Shown piece after piece: positions 1 to 13,275 of a stretch of 64,000 bases of DNA. The DNA is taken from positions 808,165 through 872,164 of the forward strand of contig NW_003314263.1 in the NCBI RefSeq assembly GCF_000143415.4, read 5' to 3'. Under the pieces are notes generated by a model. It had not been told where the DNA came from and did not search any database. It was given only the letters and a program-made list of their open reading frames with translations. This DNA is from Selaginella moellendorffii (taxonomy: Eukaryota; Plantae; Lycopodiophyta). The translations under genes were made by a program, and so were the position numbers. How positions within the stretch are numbered: the first letter of the stretch is position 1; each line of letters starts with the position of its first letter.

Positions 1-1711
1 GATCCAGCGATCCATTGGGCAGGAACTCGTAGACGAGCAATCGCGTCGCGGCTCCCTCGGCGCAAAATCCCACCAGGCGCATCAGATTCATGTGGTGCGT
101 GCTCCCGATCGTCGCTACCTCGGTACGAAACTCCTTCTCCCCCTGGAAAATCCCCTCGAGCTTCTTCACGGCTATGGCGGTCTTGCTCACAGGGAGCGCG
201 AGGGATCCCTTGTACACGGGGCCAAATCCTCCCTCGCCAATCCTCGTCTGGAAGTTATACGTCGCGTTCTGGAGCTCCTTGTACGTGAATCTCATCGGCG
301 CGCCAGAGGCATAGTCCAGGATGGCGTGCCGCGCGGCTTCCTGGACCCGTCTCGAGTACCGCCGGCGGTACACCGCCCATCCCACCGCCAGCTCCGCCAG
401 CACCAGCGCCGCCACTGTGACGCCCACGGCAATGCCGATTGCCCGCCCCTGATTCGACGATCGCGGCTCTGACGAGACCGATGTGGGTGGAGAATTCGCG
501 GCCGAGGTACACACCTTGAGGAAGGCGGTGGATTGGATCGAGGGGGACGAGTAGCCGCTCATGGACGTCGATCGAAACTGGACACAGTGGCCGGATCCAT
601 CGTTTGGGACGAGGCAGCCAAAGCAGCTGGAATCGCCGCGGCAATTGCTCGTGCACTGCTCGCTGTTGCTGTTCGATGTCACGGTGGATCCACTGTCGAG
701 CCAAGCGGTGGAGTTCGTCGCGATCAGCTGGTTGCTCTCGGTGGCACAATCGCTGGCCACATTCCCGGTGTTGGTGCATCCAGCGTTACGCCGGCTGGGA
801 TCCACGAAGCCCAGCCCAGTCGGGCAGTCGCATACCGTGCGGTATGCCACCGGTGCCTGGGACGGTACCGCGCGGTACGAGCATATGCCGTAGTTGCCAC
901 AGTAGTTGTACACCTGGCACTGGTCAGACACCGCCTGCCACCGCGCGGACCATACCGCCTCGATTAGAGTGTACAGCCGGAGGTTGCCATCGTCGTCGAG
1001 CGTGAGGCGGCGGCTTTGCCCTGGCCCATAATCCTCCGGGAAGAACTGGCGCACTGTGGAGGTGGCGTTGAGATTGAGCACGCCATTGACATCCACCACC
1101 GCATTCGTGGGAATCGAGGAATTTCCACTCCCATCGGTGTCGCTGCTCCAGTACTGCGCGCTTCTCCAGCGAAGCGTGAGATTGCCCGATTGATCCATGG
1201 TGAGGGTGTAGCCGCCGGCGCGCGAGGTGAGATTGCGGCCCCTGGGGAGGAATTGGCCGGGGAGGAGCGTGCTGCTGGGATGATCGAAGCTGCTCCACAC
1301 GACCTGGCCGCTGGAGTTCCGGAGCGCGAGATTACCTGATTCTTGGAGCTGCCCGGACGAAGCCCCAGTGGCGCCGCTCGTCCACGATGTGGTGCTGGCG
1401 CCGTCGCGCACCGCCAGGGATCCATCGCTGGAGAGCTGGAGGATTGCGCCGGCGCGTGACGCCGGGGCGGCAGTGTCCCACACCAAGACTTGCTGCGAAT
1501 CCGCGCGGTACCAAATCCCTAGCTCGAATTCCCCGGGGCTGCGCGGCGATGGCGCAAATCCGAGGGAGAAGCTGCCGCTGGAGATCGATGCTGCCGCGCC
1601 CGCGGTGGCGATCGTTTGCCCTGACGCGAATTGGTCCTGCGCGAGAGAGGAGGGGAGAGAACAAGAGATCCAGAGTATGGCTATGGCGGAGGAGAGGAGA
1701 GCATCCACCAT
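1..1711 (-). CDS. G-type (bulb) lectin S-receptor-like Ser/Thr kinase; intronless as far as visible, 3' end outside window
   Basis: Manual translation from ATG 1711. Signal peptide MVDALLSSAIAILWISC; B-lectin motifs (SFSLGF, LGIWY, LQESGNLAL, VWSSFDHP..TLLPGQ); a TM segment; kinase subdomains (IGEGGFGPVYKG, AVKKL, EKEFRTEV, RLVGFC, LLVYEFLPNGSLD). It is absent from the ORF track because the frame runs off the window edge. Confidence 0.93.
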   Translation of the reverse strand, partial: MVDALLSSAIAILWISCSLPSSLAQDQFASGQTIATAGAAASISSGSFSLGFAPSPRSPGEFELGIWYRADSQQVLVWDTAAPASRAGAILQLSSDGSLAVRDGASTTSWTSGATGASSGQLQESGNLALRNSSGQVVWSSFDHPSSTLLPGQFLPRGRNLTSRAGGYTLTMDQSGNLTLRWRSAQYWSSDTDGSGNSSIPTNAVVDVNGVLNLNATSTVRQFFPEDYGPGQSRRLTLDDDGNLRLYTLIEAVWSARWQAVSDQCQVYNYCGNYGICSYRAVPSQAPVAYRTVCDCPTGLGFVDPSRRNAGCTNTGNVASDCATESNQLIATNSTAWLDSGSTVTSNSNSEQCTSNCRGDSSCFGCLVPNDGSGHCVQFRSTSMSGYSSPSIQSTAFLKVCTSAANSPPTSVSSEPRSSNQGRAIGIAVGVTVAALVLAELAVGWAVYRRRYSRRVQEAARHAILDYASGAPMRFTYKELQNATYNFQTRIGEGGFGPVYKGSLALPVSKTAIAVKKLEGIFQGEKEFRTEVATIGSTHHMNLMRLVGFCAEGAATRLLVYEFLPNGSLD

Positions 1712-1907
1712 TCTTTCTTCCTCCTCGTGCTCTCACTCGAATTCCATGAGTGGTGATTAGGCTATTGTATGTAGCTTGTCGCGATACACATTCAAAGACT
1801 TTGGGCAGCAGCGCGTTTTTGTCTCATTTTTTTTCCGTTCGTTCACACCTTTGATTGATAAATGAAGGTTTAGGGCTTTTCGGGTTTTAGGGTTCTTCGA
1901 TGCCGGG

Positions 1908-3192
1908 ATGGAGGGCGCACTGCCCGGGGCGATTCCGTGGCCTGCGCCGTGGAAGCTTTGTATCGCTGGCTGGAGCAATCAACCGGCGATCGACGAATGC
2001 GCTCCATTTTCATCGATTTTGCGTCAGATGCCTGTGGACACACAACGAGGTCTGTCCGAGTGGGATGGCTTTAGTCCGATCTAGCACTGTCCGAATGCAA
2101 GCGAAGGAAGAGCTTTTTCTGTTTTAGGAGGGCGATTGGAAGCCCACGCGATTGAAATGGAGGATTGTGGTTTCGTATGACGGCACTCGTTTCTCTGGTA
2201 ACACTTTTATCTCTCCTCGGTTGCTTGTCTCGCTGATCGAGAGGTTTGATCTCAAGGGTGGCAGTACCAGCCGGATTTTCCAACCGTCCAAGGATTGATC
2301 GAGGATGCACTGACAAAGCTAACGCGTTACACCCGAGAAGAGCTCCTCATGGCGGCCGCAAGTAGGACGGATGCTGGAGTTCACGCTCTGGGCCAGGTAA
2401 GTTCACCCTCTTCTTCTCTTCGATCTTTTACAACTACTTTCTCTATCTCTCTCCAGGTCGCGCATTTCCATTCTCCTGCTTGTATCGGCGACTTGAGCCG
2501 GATCCATCGGGGCCTAAACGGCACGCTTCCTCACGAGATTCGTGTTCGTGAAATCTCTCCAGCGAAATCTAGCTTTCACGCCCAGGCTTGTGCTCGGACA
2601 AAGAGGTACCAGTACAAACTTTTTGTGGCTCCGGTCATGGATCCACTCTTGCGCTTGTACGCTTACCACGTACCTGAGAGGCTCGACGTTGCTGCTATGG
2701 CGGAAGCTTGCGGCTACTTCGTTGGGAAGCACGACTTCTCGACGTTTAGCAACTCATCGACGCTCCGGCCCCTGCAAAATCCCGTTCGAGAGATCTTGCG
2801 TTTCGATCTGCTGGAGCAGGCAAGCGTGGTTTCGTTTGCTCAAGAATCGGCTTTTAATCTCTTCTCTCTTGTGGCAGGGTCCAGTTCTTTGCTTCGAAAT
2901 CGAAGGCACGGGATTCTTCCACAAGCAAATAAGAAACATGGTTCGTTTTCTCTTCACTTTCTTCTTGGATCTCTCAAATTCCTTCGTGGAATTTCGTCAG
3001 GTGGGATTGATCGTTGCGATCGGCAAAGGAGAGCACGAGGCTCGAGTGATTCCAGAGCTCTTGGCTATGAAAGATCGCCAAAAACTAGCTAGAGTTTCTA
3101 TCACTGCTCCCTCCCGAGGACTCACGCTTGTCTCCGTCCACTACGACCAAAGCGATCTTGACTTGCCGGAAAATCTACTGTGTAGAAAGTAA
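1908..3192 (+). CDS. tRNA pseudouridine synthase, TruA/Pus1-3 family (multi-exon)
   Basis: Exon motifs WRIVVSYDGTRFSG, WQYQP..PTVQG, SRTDAGVHALGQ, FVGKHDFSTF, FEIEGTGFFHKQIRNMVG and TAPSRGLTL, separated by short introns. The start codon is approximate. Confidence 0.9.
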
Positions 3193-4739
3193 AACGAAGA
3201 ATATGCTTCGAATTTTTTAAAGTTCTTGACAAGAAATCCCGGAGCTTGCATCACTCCCGCGCTCGGCATGCAAGGCGCCATTGAAGAGCGCCAGCATCGC
3301 AACCCAATTCACCCCTTCTCGATGCAGCCATGAAGTAGCGTCTGGCTGGAAGGTTGTTGGGGCTGATCGCGAGGATTGTTCTTCTTCTGGAATCGAAATC
3401 GACATCGCCCTCGACATCAGATGAATCGATCGCTACTCTCGACGAGCTTCCAGGGAAAGGAGAAGATGCTGACGAGCGAGACGAGCACTCCAGCGCTTCT
3501 AGCGGTGCAGAGGAGATCTTGACTGAGATTGACAAGGGTATTGGCTGGAGCGATCACATTGGCGGGGTGAGGATGGCGAGCACGATGCTGATCGTGGCGA
3601 TGATCAGTGCCGCCGGCACCGATAATGGGAGAGCTGGATCGTAGATGACGACTGTGGTGAACGTCACAGCCAGGCCCACGAAACTAAAGGCCCATCATCA
3701 GCGGGAAGATGGGTGGTTGATCGCGCTGGGAGTGCGTGTATCTCGCGAATTCTGGAAGCAGCAGTAGATCTGGCATACAAATTCGAGGGAGGAGAGAAAA
3801 AAACTCGAGTGCAAACGAGAACTTCCGAAGTATCCTCGAAAAGAACTTGGCTGCTCCCTTTGTGTGCAATCCTCTACTACGTGCGGTGATCTCCATCAGA
3901 CACAGAGATTCCTGTAGTTCTTACGTAGTGCATGTCGCCTATCTCTATCACAAACGAGCCAAGGTGTTAGATCCTCAGGGGGTTTCTGGAAAGATGCCGA
4001 CTGGGCCACGGCCTGGAGCAGCTCGGCCAGCCGCCTAGCCGTATCTCTGCAGCTTCATTCCTGGGAACTGGTTGATCATTTATGGTACAGGATCAGTGGT
4101 GGCTTGTTCAACGAGACATCAGCTATCTACAAACATATTTCCGAATGGAAGATGTTCTTCTGAGACATTCAACTTGGGTGACGATGCGGCTGGGCGCTGG
4201 ACCGCTTTCGGGGAGGGCTTTGTGTGACAGCCAAGCTTTGCTCGTCCTGCTCGGGACGATCGGACCTGAGAAAGGAAGAATATGCCGCAAAATGGCATTG
4301 CATCGAAGGTAGTTATTGTTTCGAAGAGAAAAGCTCCATATAACGCTGGCTTTCTAGATCGCAACCTAGGATCTCAAACTCTTGGAATTTTAGAAAGCAT
4401 TTGCAGCGGACGAGGACAATACAAGACCGACTTCCTTTGTTTCTAAGATATGATCTTCATTGTCCCGAGGGATTGCTAGTCTTCACTCATGGTCATCATC
4501 TGGGTTTTTTGTTGAAGTTTTTCCTGGTTGTTTAGACTGAGACGCTGTGCAAGATGGAAGAGTGTGGAACCAATTGTGGCCTATCTGCCGGGAACTGAAA
4601 TCTCGGCATAGGAACAAGCTTTTGCTTGGAGAAAGGTCGGAGGAGAGGCTACAGGAGCAGACTTGGTATAGATTTAGATTTCCAACCAGCCTCAAATATC
4701 AAGTTCAAGGGTATCTGATGTCTTCGTAGTGAAAAGCTT

Positions 4740-5100
4740 GATCACAATGTACTCCAAGTTTGAGGCACGCCACGATCAAGAGCTCGGGTGGCAAAGCCGG
4801 ATCTACTTTCCTGGAACGCGAATATCCTGCTACGTCGACAATGAGGTTGCTCTAGAACTCTTATGAGGTGGGCTCGCCCTCGGCACTCTCGGCCCTGGCA
4901 TCCACAGAAGCTGGAGAAACAATCGGTCTCGCTGGAGAGATGCTGGGCTCTCCACTCTCGGGCTCGGAGATCCGGCAAGGACGATGGATTCCCTGCCAAC
5001 GGCATCTTGTTCTACTCCAAGTGTAGGAAGACGTTCGTACGGAAGACGGTGGATTGCAAACGAAGTGACGTGGCTCGAGTTGAATTGCCACCTTCTAAAA
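4740..5100 (+). pseudogene. PPR-gene fragment, upstream part of a repeated PPR+WOX module
   Basis: PPR-like words (LITMYSK, KPDLLSWNA, NGILFYSKC) in broken frames. Similar sequence occurs at about 29060, 33060 and 42890. Confidence 0.55.
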
Positions 5101-5385
5101 GGTATGGATCAAGCTGGAGTCCGTCTTCCTTAACATTCTTTACGTAGTTCCCCCAGACGACACGTACACCAGCCATTTACCACATATTCATACGTTACGT
5201 ATTAATATATGTAGGCCGCAGCGAAGTGTTTATTTGTGGCGTATTTACTGGCTCGCCCCAAAGTAAGTAAAAATGGTTGACGCAAGGCAATATCAGGTGG
5301 AAACACAATAAGACAGATTTTTCTTTCCGTCATTTCTCCAGGATCCTTCTCTCTGTTGTTTTCACCCCCTGCATCTCTAGATAGA

Positions 5386-6387
5386 ATGCCGAGGCGCAAG
5401 CAGCAGGCATCGCGGGCATCGTCCGTGTCTGATCAGATCGATCAGGAGCGCAGGGAGATGCGCCTGGAGATTAAGGCATTGCATGTGCATCACAGAAGTA
5501 TCTTTCTCTCTCTCTTTGCTCACCTCGATCGTTTGTTTTCGTTTTGCTTGCAAGCACACTGACATAGCAATCGTTCTTCCGTGCAAGGTCAAAGGAATAA
5601 CACCAATATCTCTTCGGAGCCAGCGCCGCCGAGGCCCGTAGGCGTGCAGCAACGATGGGAGCCAAACAGCTACCAGCTGCAAATCTTGGAGGAGTTCTAC
5701 GCCAAAGCGACGCCGCCATCGCCGGAGAACATCGCCAATATAGCCGAGCTCGTCGGCCAGGTCGACCATTCCAAAGTGTACTACTGGTTCAGTAACAAGA
5801 AGTCCCGCGAGAAACGCAAGCGCCGCCGCCTTGAGGAGGCCGCCGCATCCGCCTCTTCCTCTCCTGCGTTTTCTGCCATCGCCACCACGGCCGCTGCTTC
5901 ATCCGGTAAATTACCTCGCGCGCCGCTTCAGAGGAAGAATGGATCATATCTTTCTCTCTTTTTCTCTCGTTTGGATCCATCCCATCGGTCTTTCTCCTGA
6001 TAGAGAAGTCTCAGAGCCAGAAGCCGTAGCTTTGCTTCCAATCCTTGTTCTAAAAAACGGTGCCATTTTTTTTTCTGTGCAGGGTCGGAGCAATCGCACC
6101 ATCAGTCGTACGCTGACCAGATTGTGAATGACGGTAGTTTTCTCCCAGGTAAGCTCCTTGGATAGTTCCTTCACGAGCTCTTTTTTTTCTTTTTTTTCAG
6201 ATGCGTGCCTGTTTGAAACCAACGTGACGCTGGAGCAGCCCCGAATCGTAAGTAAGACGAAGGAGGGATATGCCTGACCATATTCTTTTTTTGTTTCTAG
6301 ATTCCGTCGCACGAAGAAGAATCACCATTGCAGTTGAGTCTCGGTTGGAGCTTTGCCAACCTGGACGAGCACTGGGAATTCTCGTGA
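5386..6387 (+). CDS. WOX-like homeodomain protein, 5 exons (5386-5497, 5588-5905, 6083-6148, 6201-6247, 6301-6387), 209 aa
   Basis: Homeodomain QRWEPNSYQLQILEEFY...VYYWFSNKKSREKRKRR resembles the WOX consensus. All four predicted introns are GT-AG with consistent phases (1,1,1,0), giving 630 nt ending in TGA. Confidence 0.8.
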
Positions 6388-9300
6388 TCCATTCTTCAAA
6401 AAGAATTGTTGATGATATCTTAACCAAATCTTTTTTATCGTTGATCCAGTGTTTTGATAGATCGGACTCTAAGACTGTCGCCGTTAGGTGATCCGGCTCT
6501 GACCATGGAGTTCGTCTTCGATTGTGGCGCTGGCGGTCGATCTTGACATCGATAACATGCAGCAGGCTTCCAAAGCGGCGATTATATTTGTTGCTGATGA
6601 TTTGCATGTCTTTGCTTGCACTGTAGGGAAATGGAAACTGGACGATTATCGAAACGTCATTCTAAGTAGCACATTCTGGCCGAAGATCTAGGCAGGCACC
6701 GCTGACTGACAAAACATTCTGAGACAGTGTGTTTCATGCTGCACGTGGTGTCATTCGATCATATGTGAGGTTAAACTGTTGTGGTATTCTTTCAAGGCAA
6801 CCAAGTGCTTGAGACCATGCTCTACTTGGATAGCATTGATTCCAGCAAAGATCTCTGTCCTGCTAGATTTGAAACGTTTGCTTCTGTTTCTAGGAAGTTC
6901 GGCATTCCAAGGCATAAAGAACGCATGGAGCAGCTGGAAGATCACCCCTGGAATTCTTCATGATCCATTCTTCTGAAATGTTGACGTATAACATATTCTT
7001 ATGCAAATCTTTTTTCCACCACGTTCAAGGTGACTATGTCGGTGCAGTTGAAGATCCGGTCGCTAGCGAGCATGGCGGGATCTTCCTCGCCGAAAGCTTT
7101 AGATTCACAACCTTTACAACGTTGAAAAAGTCGGCATCTGTGAGTTTGAGAGCTTAAAACAACGGTAGCAACCTTGGTGGCCTGTCTCGAAAGCTTGCTC
7201 AGCTCAAAAAGAATCGAAGCTCCTGGGATCCAGCTGCTGGCTCTTGGTCCTGTCAGTTGGGCTTGGACGACGACGCACAGTCGATTTTTCCGAATGACAA
7301 GTTTGTTGCGAGGCAAGCTACCGCCTTTTCTCTCTGGTTGAGTGCTTACGTTTCCACAGAGGCGAGATATGCAAGCAAAGGCCATTGAGAAACACCTCAA
7401 GTTCTCAGATGAAAGTTCGAGCAAAGGTACGACAAGTATGAGAACAAATTTCACAAGCGTATCATGCTCAAGAAATGTCTCACTTAAGAAAGATTTCTTT
7501 TGAAAATGCCATCACCTGGGTTGGTTCTCGACTCTTGTACCTCGCGCAGCTCCATATTGTGCTTTAGATGCCTGGTGGTGGCAAAAGTGTTGACGATCCT
7601 GAGCAAATGTTGCAAGATAGGGGAATGAAAAACTTCAATCAAGACGGATATAACTGTCGGCTCCAAAGACGTAGTCAAATCCCACTAGATGCTTGTCAAG
7701 AATGAAAGTTCCCCCACTCAAGCTTTTCATAGGCAATCACTGTAATAAAAAAAACGAACAATTCATCAATGAGAACTATGGAGAAAGTCATGTGATAGCA
7801 AAGCCGTGTCCTGCTGAAGCGCAACGTTTTTCCACATGATTTAGAAGCGACCCAAATCATCCCCAAACTTGTTGTAGAATTCCTATGGTATCACTGTGAT
7901 CAGTCCTGACGACTTTGCAGCAACCAATCCTTCTACCCAAATGGCTAAACAGTCCTACAAACCAGAGGAGTGTAAAAAAAATGAGAGAAAAATGAGAAAG
8001 AAGAGAAAATGAGTCAAAATTAAATTGAAGATCATAAGATAGACTTATATTGGTATAAAACTTCCTCATAGATAAAGCTACAGTACTAGTACTAATGCTT
8101 TAACTTCAAACAATTAAATTGAACATCACCATACTCAATTAAAGTGTAGGGCCACCAAGATTAAATCAAGATTAGTGAGAGCTCACTATTCTCATAGAGT
8201 TTAACAAAATATAAAATGCAATTTACCGCATAATGTTTTAAAAAAAGTATAAAGGTCATTTTTCTAAAAAAGTATAATAGCTTTTTCTATTCCAAACTTT
8301 ACATAACTCAATTGTCTTAACCCCAAAAGTTAGTATCCCTTTCGGCTTGCATTATACAAATTATATATTAAGGTTTAGGCTAACTAAAGTCAAATATAAC
8401 CTTTCACTAGTTTGTACTAACTTACAAAACGAAATGGTTTTCAAAAAAAAATAATCAATAGATCAGCCATTGGAAAAACTTAAGAAAATTTATGGAAAAT
8501 TTCCATTATAGAGAAAGAATGACTTTCAGTCTAAGAATACAAACTTCTTTCTACCTAGAACTTTACATAAGTTCACCTCAATATGAATTTTCATGACTCA
8601 ATAGTATGTCTAAATATCAAATATCATGCCCATATTTTTTATATCCAATACCAACATTCGTAAAATGCAAAATGAATATTCAATGCTTGATCACAAAGAC
8701 TATATCTTCAAATATCCATATTGCACTAACACTTTTCTTCAACCACTTTCAAGATCTAATGTGAAGCCAAAACACTAACAAGAAAAATGATATGGAAAAT
8801 CAAGATCTAAAGAAAATTTTTCATCTCTTGAAATAACAATGCCACTTCTACTAACATAAATGTTAGTGATGTCAATGCCTTAATTACACACTTGCTCTAT
8901 CCAACAATCTATTCCAAGTGCTAATGAATAAACTAATAAGCCATAGTAAATGAATGTTATAACCTTTTTAACACCTTAATGGGCAACTTCTCAAAAACCA
9001 AAGTACTAGTATACATTTAGCATATTATAATCACTTTTGAGAACTTAGTCAAAACTACTTTAATATTACTATTTGCAAGTAGATTACCTTTATTATCAAC
9101 CATTTTGGGGTTGATCATCATTTAACCAAGCAACTTCGTAAACACATTGTTCACTATCACATTGATATGATTAAAAATCACAATAATTTGATCATCAATT
9201 GAGCAACACCATAAGCAAACCCATATTGTTACTTCAAAAGTTTATGTGAGTATCAAGTGCCAACTCGATTCAATAAAATACAATATAAATGCTACACCCT

Positions 9301-10652
9301 ACCAATAAAGATTTACAATAATGAACACATTAATTTTTGTTTATAATAAGGACAAGTTCATGCCACTCTCTTTCCAACAAAACTCAAAACTAATCATACA
9401 CCAATCTACTCAAGGAGCAATAGCAAGGTTTCATAAAAAAGAATTGAGCATTACAATTCAAATCTTCAATAGCAAGCCTAGATAAAATGGTTTAGCACTT
9501 CACTATTATCCATCCCATGACTCACCACTTGTAATACCATCATAATTAACATATATCAAGATAGGGACTCTTCATTGCATAATGTGAATATGAGCAATGA
9601 GTTAACACTTTATTGTAAATTATTTCTCCAAGAAAAGAAGATAATTTATGTGTTTAATCTTTCATCATTGATGACTTTCTTTCCAAACCCTATTTTGACT
9701 AAACCTTAAATTTGCTTTCACACTACTTTCAGTCTAATCCAAGAAAAATTTATGAGAGAGCATGGCAATAACTACTTGAACCAATAGATTAATCCCTACA
9801 GTCTTAATTGATCCACTCATAATCATGTCTAGAAAGAACCCATTAGTGCTATAGTTATAGACTAACCTATTCACCATTTATAGCAAACCCAAGGAAGGTT
9901 TACTTTTACCCACAGTACGTGGAATAACTCATGGAACCACCGATAAACTAACATTAATCCTGCCAATTCAAAGTGTAACTTTCAATTGCTAATGTGCCTC
10001 ATTCACAAGCCCAAACGCAAACTTGTGCAAATGGAACATCTCAATCCATCTTATGAGCCCAAGCACAAGCTCACATAATATCACATAAAAGGTAACCAAA
10101 ATCTATATCCAAGGAATGAATGCAAAGTCATAGCATCCAAACGTGTACCCACTTGGATTATCATTTTCATCTTTACATATGCAATAAGATTAATTGCCTA
10201 ATCTTATTGGATAGTACTCATGGTGATTTATCATGGGATAACCATGAAGCAAAACCTAAACCCTTCATCTGCCATGTGTCATATGCCACATGCCACATGC
10301 CATATGTCCAAGGAAAACGAAGTGGAACTCAAGTCTCAAGGCCTTGAGCCACTGAATGAAGGAATAGAGCTAAACTCCTAAGCATGGAGCCAAGGAATAA
10401 CAAAACTGGAGCACAAAATGACTTCCGAGTATACAACTCAAAGAGTGAAAAAACAAGAGCATAGAGCCATTTGGAACAATCCTAGAGCATCCCATATCCA
10501 ATGCCAGGACCAACACACATAATGGAGCTAAATAGAGTCTAGTGCTATTTTAGCATATCGGTGGCTTAATGTGAGGATATGGGTATTCCATTAGCTAGCA
10601 TGGTGTGAAACTTGGGCTTGGACCCAAGCCAAACAAAAAAGAAAGACAAACA

Positions 10653-10697
10653 CCCCCCCCCCCTCCCCCCTCCCCCCTCCCCCCTCCCCCCTCCCCC
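10653..10697. repeat. Poly-C / (CCCCCCT)n simple repeat
   Basis: Seen directly in the sequence. Confidence 0.9.
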
Positions 10698-11805
10698 CTC
10701 CCCCCTCCCCTTCCCTCTTGAGGAATACATGCTTTAGGCTTTTACCCTAGCCATCCTTAATACCAAGAGTTAAGTCTCTAAGACTAATTTGAAACTTACT
10801 AAATATATAATGGTGCTAAATTGTGAATTTGGGCATGGGACAAACACTATTGTGTTTAGGACAATTTTTACATTCCGTAGATATGCTAAATTGACAAATC
10901 TAGACACTTTCCATAAATAGCAATTAAAACCGAATAGAACTAACACAAAGTGCATGATAGCGAGGATGTTTGATAGACACAGTAAGCTATTAATTAACGA
11001 ATATTGAGGGACCAAACTCAATATCACAGGGGTTCCCAACACTAGCAAGTGCAAGTCAACAAATGAGTTTCTTTAACCAAATCAAGTATGTTTGACTAAT
11101 AGCATTTAGGAATTCCACCCTTATACTCATATGGTCAAGTGCACACGTGAAGACCAATTTCTCAACTAGCTTAAATGAAGATTGAAAAAGGGACTAGTAA
11201 TACCGACCTCCTGCCATCATAGCAATAAGGAAAGAATATCCAAAAAGATTAGCCGATAGATAACTTTCGATACCCGCAATCACATTCACGACATCTAACC
11301 TCCTTATTCCAATAAGCAATCTTATAAAGTTAGCTTCCACCATTTCAATCAATTATACCAAACTTTTATCTAGTTATTTTATAGTCATTAAGTCCTATAA
11401 CTCATTGTTAGTGCTTTCACACCTTTATCAACATTTGGTCAAAGCACTTAAATCCCTTACCTTCCAATTTAGACTATGTTAATCCCATTTCTATTGTGGT
11501 TCTTTTCATAAACTAGTCAGTTTGACCTCCAAACATCTCTTCTTCAGATACTTTATATCTCTACACTATTGATTTTACAAGCCTATCCTCATGACACATC
11601 CACTTGTGTCTAAATCTTTGCTAAGACCATAATAATTGTTTCTTATGCTAACTACTATTTAGCACTGCATTATAGTGTTCAAACATAACTCTTCATAAAA
11701 GTTAATTTCTTTTGTGAACACCTTTTCACAACTTTAGTATGCCATCTTCTACTATCAATAAAATACTTATTATTTTCATATTTGAACCTCATGATTCTTG
11801 TAATT

Positions 11806-12381
11806 TATAAACTCCTAAATTTGGACTTCCCAAGAGGTCACCTAGCCTAGTATTATTCAAACCCAATGACATTTAACCCCAAGTATCCTAAAACCCTTAA
11901 CCGATTAGAAAAGGGGATGCACTCTTGTTCATGGGCACTTTCCCTCTATATTTGAAACCTTATGGATCGTCTCTCGAATTATTCTCTTTGGTTGCTTACA
12001 ATCCACTATGCTTCCCTGTAAGTTTACGCCCTTGTGAATGGAAGCTAAGAGCCGCAGCTGTTCTGAGAGCCCTGCTCTTTTGACACCCTACCCCTCGGGT
12101 CGAGCTTAGCCGGGAGCAAACTAAACCTACCAAATGTCAATCAACATGTGGTGTGATTCCTTTAGCCAACCAATAGAGTCGAACTCAAGACCCCTTTAAT
12201 ACCAAATGTAAACTTTTAAATTTGGACTTCCCAGCCCAATACTATTCAAACCCAATGACGCTTAACCCTAAGTATCCCAAGACCCTTAACAAATTGAAAA
12301 CACTCTTGTTCATGGGCCTTTTCCCTCTATATTTAAATTCTTATAGATCGTCTTTCAAGTTGTTCTCTTTAGTTGCTTACA
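11806..12381 (-). mobile_element. Old Cassandra-type TRIM (LTR-internal-LTR)
   Basis: Reverse complement of the 15494-16078 unit with many transitions. Flanks TAATT/TAGTC look like a decayed 5-bp TSD. Confidence 0.85.
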
Positions 12382-13275
12382 TAGTCCTTCACTAGGTACA
12401 ACACACTTTAGTTCAAACATATTTCTTCCAAGCAATTAGAACCATCTTATAACTCTACTAAGTTATCTAGTTTTTAGACTTTGCTAATCCAATAACCCAA
12501 AATGTCCTTGCCTCATGATTACTTTTGAGGTGTTACCACACTTGAATACAACCTTTGTATTTATGTTTTATTCATAAAAATCATATTTATTCTAACACTT
12601 AATTATTATTTGTTCTATGTAGGCTACTTTTACCTCTTAGAATTATCCTTCTACATCATAAAAATGCCAACTCATCCTCTAAATACACCTCTAACTCCTT
12701 AGATGGTTTTAGCATTGATTAAAGGTAGCCTTAGCTACTATTGCAAGGATATATGTTCTTGTCTATATTTGACCTCTTATGGTCATTAGCTCCATTCTCT
12801 AATTCTTGAGCACCATTCTTAATCATATGAGCATAATTTTATAACTCCTTTATTGTCTAGGAGTTTCTATTATTCTTGTGATCCCAACTATAGTTGTTTA
12901 CCACAACTATATTATCTAGTTTGTTATGTCAAATATTTATATGGATCATATCCTCAACTTTTTTAGGAAATCTTTTTTACTATTCCTAATATCCAAAGGC
13001 TATTCCTTTATTAACCCCTTTCTATCCACCACATTGCATACATGTTCACATATAAATTAAAGTGGAGAGCTATACCTTCCAAACACATTACTCCTCAAGG
13101 ATAAACCCACTTCTGGGACCGTCCGATATTAATATCAAATAGTGATATACTTTACTATCAATAAGAGTCAGATTAAGGAATAGTTCTAATACCAAATTGT
13201 AAGTGACTAAATTTTTTATTTGACTTTAATCACTTAACAATGCCTTTGACATTTTGAAGGAGTTTCACTTATATT

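Noticed and set aside
90-1760. Many overlapping ORFs in the track
   Set aside because: They are shadow frames of the GC-rich minus-strand receptor kinase. The same applies to antisense ORFs over EFL1, ASH2R and the CHY-RING genes.
3217-3730. Possible minus-strand gene downstream of TruA
   Set aside because: Coding-like composition, but in-frame stops and no recognisable motif.
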